DNA from: Oopsacas minuta
Taxonomy: Eukaryota; Animalia; Porifera
Direction: 5' to 3'
Length of the DNA: 64,000 bases
Assembly (NCBI GenBank): GCA_024704765.1
Contig: JAKMXF010000277.1
Span: 248,001 to 312,000 of the forward strand
The translations under genes and the position numbers were made by a program. Each line of letters opens with the position of its first letter. The first letter of the stretch is position 1. This document shows positions 58,621 through 64,000 of this stretch, piece by piece. The notes beneath the pieces were generated by a model. The model saw only the letters and a program-made list of their open reading frames with translations. It had not been told where the DNA came from and ran no database searches.

Positions 58621-59144
58621 TTAATTACATGCTAAACACCACTAAATCCAGAAATATTAATTGTATTCTCCGAACATCTCGGAAACTATCTTCACTCACC
58701 ATAATACCGACAACATGTGGAGACCTAATCTCTAGCATCCTTATTGTACAGATATATAATTGTAATTGGAGATCATAAGCATATACCATAGATCAGAGAA
58801 TATATTAAAGTAATGCAGACCAAATATGGACATATAGCTATAGGAATTAAGAATTAATATTAATAAATGAAGAACAGAGCAGTTATAAGAGGTGCTTAAA
58901 ATTAAGAAGAGATAAACAATAATAAATATGCAAATATCTATAAAACAGCCAAACATAAGGAAAAATGGGTGTGCTTTACAATTACAAGTATGCAGTTTAG
59001 TATTATAAAGCTATTCAAAGTAATATTAGGGGAGTCGAGTATTCCATTACAGGGGTAGAATCGGGAGTAGGGGTGTTCTAAAGTTGGGGAGGGACCCCAT
59101 GTGGGATTCCATTCAGAGGGGCCCGGTGCACTATTCAGTTAGTA

Positions 59145-59722
59145 TTAACACAAGAGGAGAATAAAGAATACAATTCCTTGAGATTTTAGTCAATTGGCAA
59201 CTCAAGTTCTGAACATGTAAATATATCAGAATCCAGAGTATATCCAGGATAACAATAACAGCTGTAAGATCCTACAGCATGGTACATATTTGTTGACAGT
59301 TATGTGTAGAAATAATACATACATCTATGTCAACACAGGTGTTAGTTTCAGTTTCAATCTCATATCCAGCTTCATAACCTTCATTACATTCACAATCAGC
59401 ACTGTTAACTGAATTCAAACATTGGTAGATGGAAATGGAGTGTTACTACAGTTTATATAGTTTGAGGAAGCAATAATTTTGTTGCCAGCTCAATTGCTCG
59501 GTGTAGAACATGTTCCATAAATTATACTACTGTAATCTTTATATCACTAACAAAGGCTAGACTACAATTGCATTCAAGGGGATTAATTTGAACAATAATT
59601 GAATTGAGAGATTTCTGTCTAAGAAAGAAGTTCTTATTCAAAGTTGTTAACCCACAATCCTGTACAGTTATTTCCCTTAGCTTAGGAAATGTGTAATTGA
59701 TAATATAATCAATAGCAATCAC
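59145..59722 (-). pseudogene. LRR-B 3-prime relic, duplicate of 52129-52705
   Basis: Near-identical to the unit 1 copy. Confidence 0.85.
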
Positions 59723-59958
59723 GATCTCAGATCATGTTTAACGAACAATCGTTATCGTTATCGCCATCGTTAATATAGCGATCAACTAATGCTAGTAAAG
59801 GCTTATGCAGTATAGGCTGACATGCTTTTTGAACGCGCGCTGTCACAATTGGCACATGTTGTCTATAGCTATATACATGCTTTATTAAGAAGAATTTGAT
59901 GATAAATCTCGTTAATACGAATTATTTTAAGTAGGATATATCATATTTTTCTACTTAT

Positions 59959-60136
59959 ATGATATGATGTAATATCCCATCGAATAACTAATGATATGAT
60001 GTAATATCCCATCGAATAACTAATGATATGATGTAATATCCCATCGAATAACTAATGATATGATGTAATATCCCATCGAATAACTAATGATATGATGTAA
60101 TATCCCATCGAATAACTAATGATATGATGTAATATC
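59959..60136 (+). repeat. 32-bp VNTR, about 5.6 copies
   Basis: Same unit as 52942, with two extra copies. Confidence 0.95.
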
Positions 60137-60228
60137 GTATCTAATAGCTGGTAATAGGTCCAGTTATCACATATATATAACCTGTAATACTTTACGATGC
60201 TCATTAACAATCTATCAGTTTTGCTAAG

Positions 60229-60856
60229 ATGGAGAGTATATTTATTGTTGGACTTGAAGGGAAAGTGAAAACTATTAATATCGAAAAAGTTCGAATGAAT
60301 GTAAGGCATATGTAAGGTTACTATATAGAATACTGAGTATAGTTATACCCAATTGCAGAGATACCAACTCTCGTGCATTTTAGCCGCTCAAACTGAAAAT
60401 CTCACTGTTTTTGGTTCCTTAACAGTAATTTTTAGCAGAGATGTCAAATCTCACAGATTCTTACTGTCTGTTTGGCTTTTGTTTGAGGCTATAGATTGGA
60501 ATTTATGAAATTGTAAATGTATGATTGCATATAATGTTCAACAATTTTAATATATTAAAATGTGTTCTGTATATTAGTCCAGCTTTCATAACCTAGAATC
60601 CATGGGGAATTTAGCGAAGGTCTGTCTATTTTCGAACTGTATTGATCTGTATCTAATTTTATAGAACTACACTATTAAAGAGTTGAAATCTCAAGTATTC
60701 ATAATATGTGGGATAGAAGTTGATGCTCAGAGACTGATCTACACCACTAAAGACCTGGAGGTTCAAAGGAATGGCAAAGAGTTAACTTTAAGTGACTATG
60801 GAATCCATGGTAATTGTAATATTATGCTGGTTGTGAGGCTACCTGGCGACACATAG
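60229..60856 (+). CDS. Ubiquitin-like modifier copy 2; exons 60229-60300 and 60665-60856; ends RLPGD-T (di-Gly lost)
   Basis: Same splice sites as copy 1; GGC changed to GAC at 60848-60850. Confidence 0.85.
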
Positions 60857-61200
60857 AGTTGAATTTACATGTACGTGAGTGTTTGAGACTGTTTTATAAC
60901 ATTTACTCTAATTTCTATTATTCACTAACTTCCTTAGTAATTACGTGTGGTATATTCCATTATTTTGAGATATTCTCAAAAATTGTACATATATTGTATA
61001 TGATGTATTTTGTCAAAATATAAACTCGGCCGATAGAAAGCCTTGCCCAAACACATTTGCATTATTTTATGGACTGGGTTGGAATTAATTATTGCAATTA
61101 AGCTATATCTACCATATACCCACATACGATATCAGGATCCTAGACAACCTTTCATAAGTGGGGCTTAAGAAATATAGTGGAGGGGATTATTTCTTATTGG

Positions 61201-61283
61201 CAGGGTTGCCGTAGGAATTCCCATAGAATTTCCTGTGAGAATGGGATAGGAATGAGGATTGAATTCCGTTCCCATGACAACCG
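61201..61283. mobile_element. Small MITE (CAGGGTTGCC..TTCCCATGACAACC); related sequence near 39600-39700
   Basis: Imperfect TIRs with internal GGGAAT repeats; absent from unit 1. Confidence 0.5.
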
Positions 61284-61337
61284 TACATATTAGCCAATGG
61301 CCATATAGGTAAATTAATAGTAGAAAAAGGGCTTAAG

Positions 61338-62023
61338 CAGGGGCGTCGGAAGCTGGTATTTTCATGGGAGGATTTAATGATGTGAATGCATGAATAATAA
61401 CACTCAATTTAGTAATCTAGATAGTCTAAATTAGAGCTTTGGCAATCTCCCAAACTTACTTCACGGTGTTAAGTATTTATGGACATTTGTAATTTTTGAA
61501 AATATAAACTGTAGTATATTCATTGCTTATATATTACTAGTGTAGTTGGTAATCAGCAGCCAATGAAACAAATGGAAAATTACTTTTTAACAAGCTTTGT
61601 TGTTAGTAGTAAATTATTACTATAAATGTGAGGTGCCAATTAACAACTAGATAATATGAAGATATAACTCCAGCAGGCTTCAACCAATGACTGGATGTGT
61701 GAGGTTTTTGTTGAAAAACTTCCCAACTGGCAACAACATGATAATATGAAAATAACTATAAACAAACTATGAAGGGGTGAGATAATACCCTCAAGGGGAT
61801 AACCCCCATCGTAGTTGGTTTATAATTATTTTCAAACAAGTATTGAGGATGCCGATCCGGGGTGTAAACTATTGTACATGATATCCCTCCTAAATTGGCA
61901 GAATGTTCTAATAAATTCGAAAATAATTAAATACTCACTCACAATTATAGGGGGGATTATCCCCCTCTGTCTAAATCATGGGGGGGATGAGTACCCCCAT
62001 CCCCCTCACTTCCGACGCCCCTA
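61338..62023. mobile_element. Non-autonomous hAT element, 686 bp
   Basis: TIR CAGGGGCGTCGGAAG / CTTCCGACGCCCCTA and perfect 8-bp TSD GGCTTAAG; absent from unit 1. Confidence 0.85.
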
Positions 62024-62142
62024 GGCTTAAGCCCCCAAGCCCCCTCCCTTGTCTACGGCCTTGGATATATATATATTAAACTAAGATATTTTCCTCTATC
62101 ATCTGGATATTTGTAAATTGAATTCATAGAAAATATTTCCTG

Positions 62143-62964
62143 ATGTGTGCTGCAAAAGAAAGTGCATTAGACACACGTATGGTAAAGATCTGAGATGTGA
62201 GGAAGGCAGGAGATATGTATTTTATCAGAGACGAGACCAGAACTGTTTCATTTACCCATCCGACTGGTGAATGTTGTGTCTGCTATGACGATAGTGGATT
62301 AAAAATGCGCTGTGGACATTACATATGTCCAGATGATATCCTACTCAATACGTGGGAACAAATCCAACATCTAAAATTTGAAGTAAGTTGTCCAAGCTGC
62401 CCTGCTATCATAAGTATTGAAGATATTATGAAATTTGGACTGCCAGATTGCGAGGAAAAGCAATTCATAGAAGCAGCGATTTCCGTCAATTTCTGTGAGA
62501 GTCAAGACATACAACAGTGCCCGAATTGTCAGAGTTATTGTCAACGAAAGAAAACTGACACAGCTCAGGTACAGTGCACTATTTGTACCAAAAATATGAA
62601 AAAGAGTTTCGAATTTTGCTGGTTTTGTCTGAGAGAATGGAATAACGCAGCTAACTATCAAATTTGTGGCAATTTGAACTGCAAAAGAGAAGAAATTCAG
62701 AAACTACGAAATTCACCCAAAAAAGTATTCCGAGATGATGGAGGAAAAGTTCTATCTATTCCTATTCTAAGAGCATGTCCTAAGTGTTTTACTATAATTG
62801 AACACACAAAGGGATGTAACGAAATGACTTGTAAAGTTTGCAAAACAGCATTCTGCTTCATCTGCTTAGCAAAGACAGAAGAAGGGAGTTTAGTTTGCAG
62901 TGGGAGGACTTACACAGCCATAACATGTGTCGCTGCTCCTATTCAAACTAAATTGAGGTCGTAA
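62143..62964 (+). pseudogene. Compact RBR E3 copy 2 with a nonsense codon at position 17 (re-initiation at ATG 62215 possible)
   Basis: TGA at 62191-62193 replaces TGG of copy 1; RING1 reads CPDD instead of CPDC; IBR and Rcat intact. Confidence 0.75.
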
Positions 62965-63406
62965 ATTTGAACTTTACATGTGTTTTGCTTTATTTAGCTT
63001 ACTAGAATTGAGATTATTTGTTTTGGTTAGTTTTGTAAAACTTCATAGTTTGTTATTATTTTAAAAGAAGTTCACGATCAATATTAGCCGATTGAAAGGG
63101 ACATTATTGCAAAATGGTTTTAACTGTTCCAGCTAATTTCAGGCTGTATTGTACTTTTAAATTAGATATGTATTAAATTTCATGTTTACTTTACTATGCT
63201 TTACTAGTGTATTAATTAATTAATGTCAACCCATATATCCTTTTGAGATATTTACAATATGTTGTTGTTTCCGCTACAAATCATACTTGTGCATAAGAGA
63301 ATTGAAATCGATTATATTTTATGTATATTAATATAGCTTTTTGTTGCAGAGTACTTGTAGCTATAGGTAATTTCCTCTACGTGGTTCAGTCACGGACATA
63401 TGCTCA

Positions 63407-64000
63407 ATGGCTGATGATGAACGTAGACACCAATATTTTCTGTCTCGAGCAACGAAGCGACTGAAACGAGATCTGAAATTAATCCTCACTGATCCTATTC
63501 CAGCTATCGATGTAGCACCGAATGAAGACGATATTCTAGACTGGCATTTCGCTATACACGGTAAGAATGACACTCCATACGAAAACGGTGTATACCATGG
63601 TAAGCTCGTGTTCCCTCCCAATTTTCCTTTTGGTCCACCTAAAATATTGTTCCTGACTCCAAACGGGAGATTTGAAGTGAACAAGAGGATTTGTTTCAGT
63701 CTGAGCGATTTCCACCCTGAAGAATGGAAGCCCGCATATTCAGTGACAGCTGTACTACGTGGTGTTTATGACTTTATGCATGAATCGACTGAAACTATTG
63801 GAAGCATTAATTCTAGTGTAAGTGCTAGAAAGCAATTAGCTCTTGACAGTAGAGAATATAATCTCAAAAATGATACATTTTGTAGACTGTTTCCTAATAT
63901 GATTCAAGATGATATGGGAAATGATGTAGATTCAGTTAGTCAAGACGAATCGAATCAAGGTAACAACGAGGTTGATTCGAGTGAGATTCCAGGGAGGATT
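63407..64000 (+). CDS. UBE2J2: UBE2J/Ubc6-type E2 copy 2, UBC domain intact, runs off the window
   Basis: Open for 198 codons; FLTPNGRFEVNKRICFSLSDFHPEEW with Cys TGT at 63692-63694. Confidence 0.88.
   Translation, partial: MADDERRHQYFLSRATKRLKRDLKLILTDPIPAIDVAPNEDDILDWHFAIHGKNDTPYENGVYHGKLVFPPNFPFGPPKILFLTPNGRFEVNKRICFSLSDFHPEEWKPAYSVTAVLRGVYDFMHESTETIGSINSSVSARKQLALDSREYNLKNDTFCRLFPNMIQDDMGNDVDSVSQDESNQGNNEVDSSEIPGRI

Larger units (their letters stand above)
50513..64000 (+). repeat. Tandem segmental duplication: unit 1 50513-58046 (about 7.5 kb), unit 2 58047 to window end
   Basis: Colinear LRR-B piece, spacer, LRR-B relic, VNTR, UBL, RBR and E2 in both units. Confidence 0.93.

Noticed and set aside
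1-64000. Prokaryotic, phage or horizontally acquired origin of the intronless block
   Set aside because: Spliceosomal introns, TATA boxes, animal domain architectures and eukaryotic DNA transposons occur throughout. Horizontal transfer of the ART domain alone remains untested.

Overview
This is AT-rich, intron-poor animal DNA, not prokaryotic. The compact genes, intronless collagens and TRAF/LRR expansions suggest a sponge, possibly a glass sponge like Oopsacas; that assignment is inference. Bases 1-14 kb hold two conserved genes head to head: SETD2 (2 coding exons, with an ependymin-related gene nested in its intron) and a 4-exon PEST-family tyrosine phosphatase (PTPN12/18/22 type). The other 50 kb is a fast-evolving, immunity-like accessory cluster built by tandem and inverted duplication and rich in MITEs. 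It contains an ankyrin-like/ARTC ADP-ribosyltransferase, two families of intronless LRR-EGF surface proteins (6 full-length genes plus several relics), three short intronless collagens, two N-acylated orphan paralogues and an apolipoprotein-L-like gene. It also contains a TRAF-like gene pair forming a palindrome centred on a MITE, and a decayed Tigger/pogo transposon. The best candidate for a new system is a tandemly duplicated, same-strand trio at 53.1-64 kb: an unannotated 2-exon ubiquitin-like modifier (ending RLPGG-T), a compact RBR E3 and a tail-anchored UBE2J-type E2. The two copies carry complementary lesions, so exactly one lesion-free copy of each gene remains (the second E2 is cut by the window end). 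All alignments were done by eye and no database searches were run.
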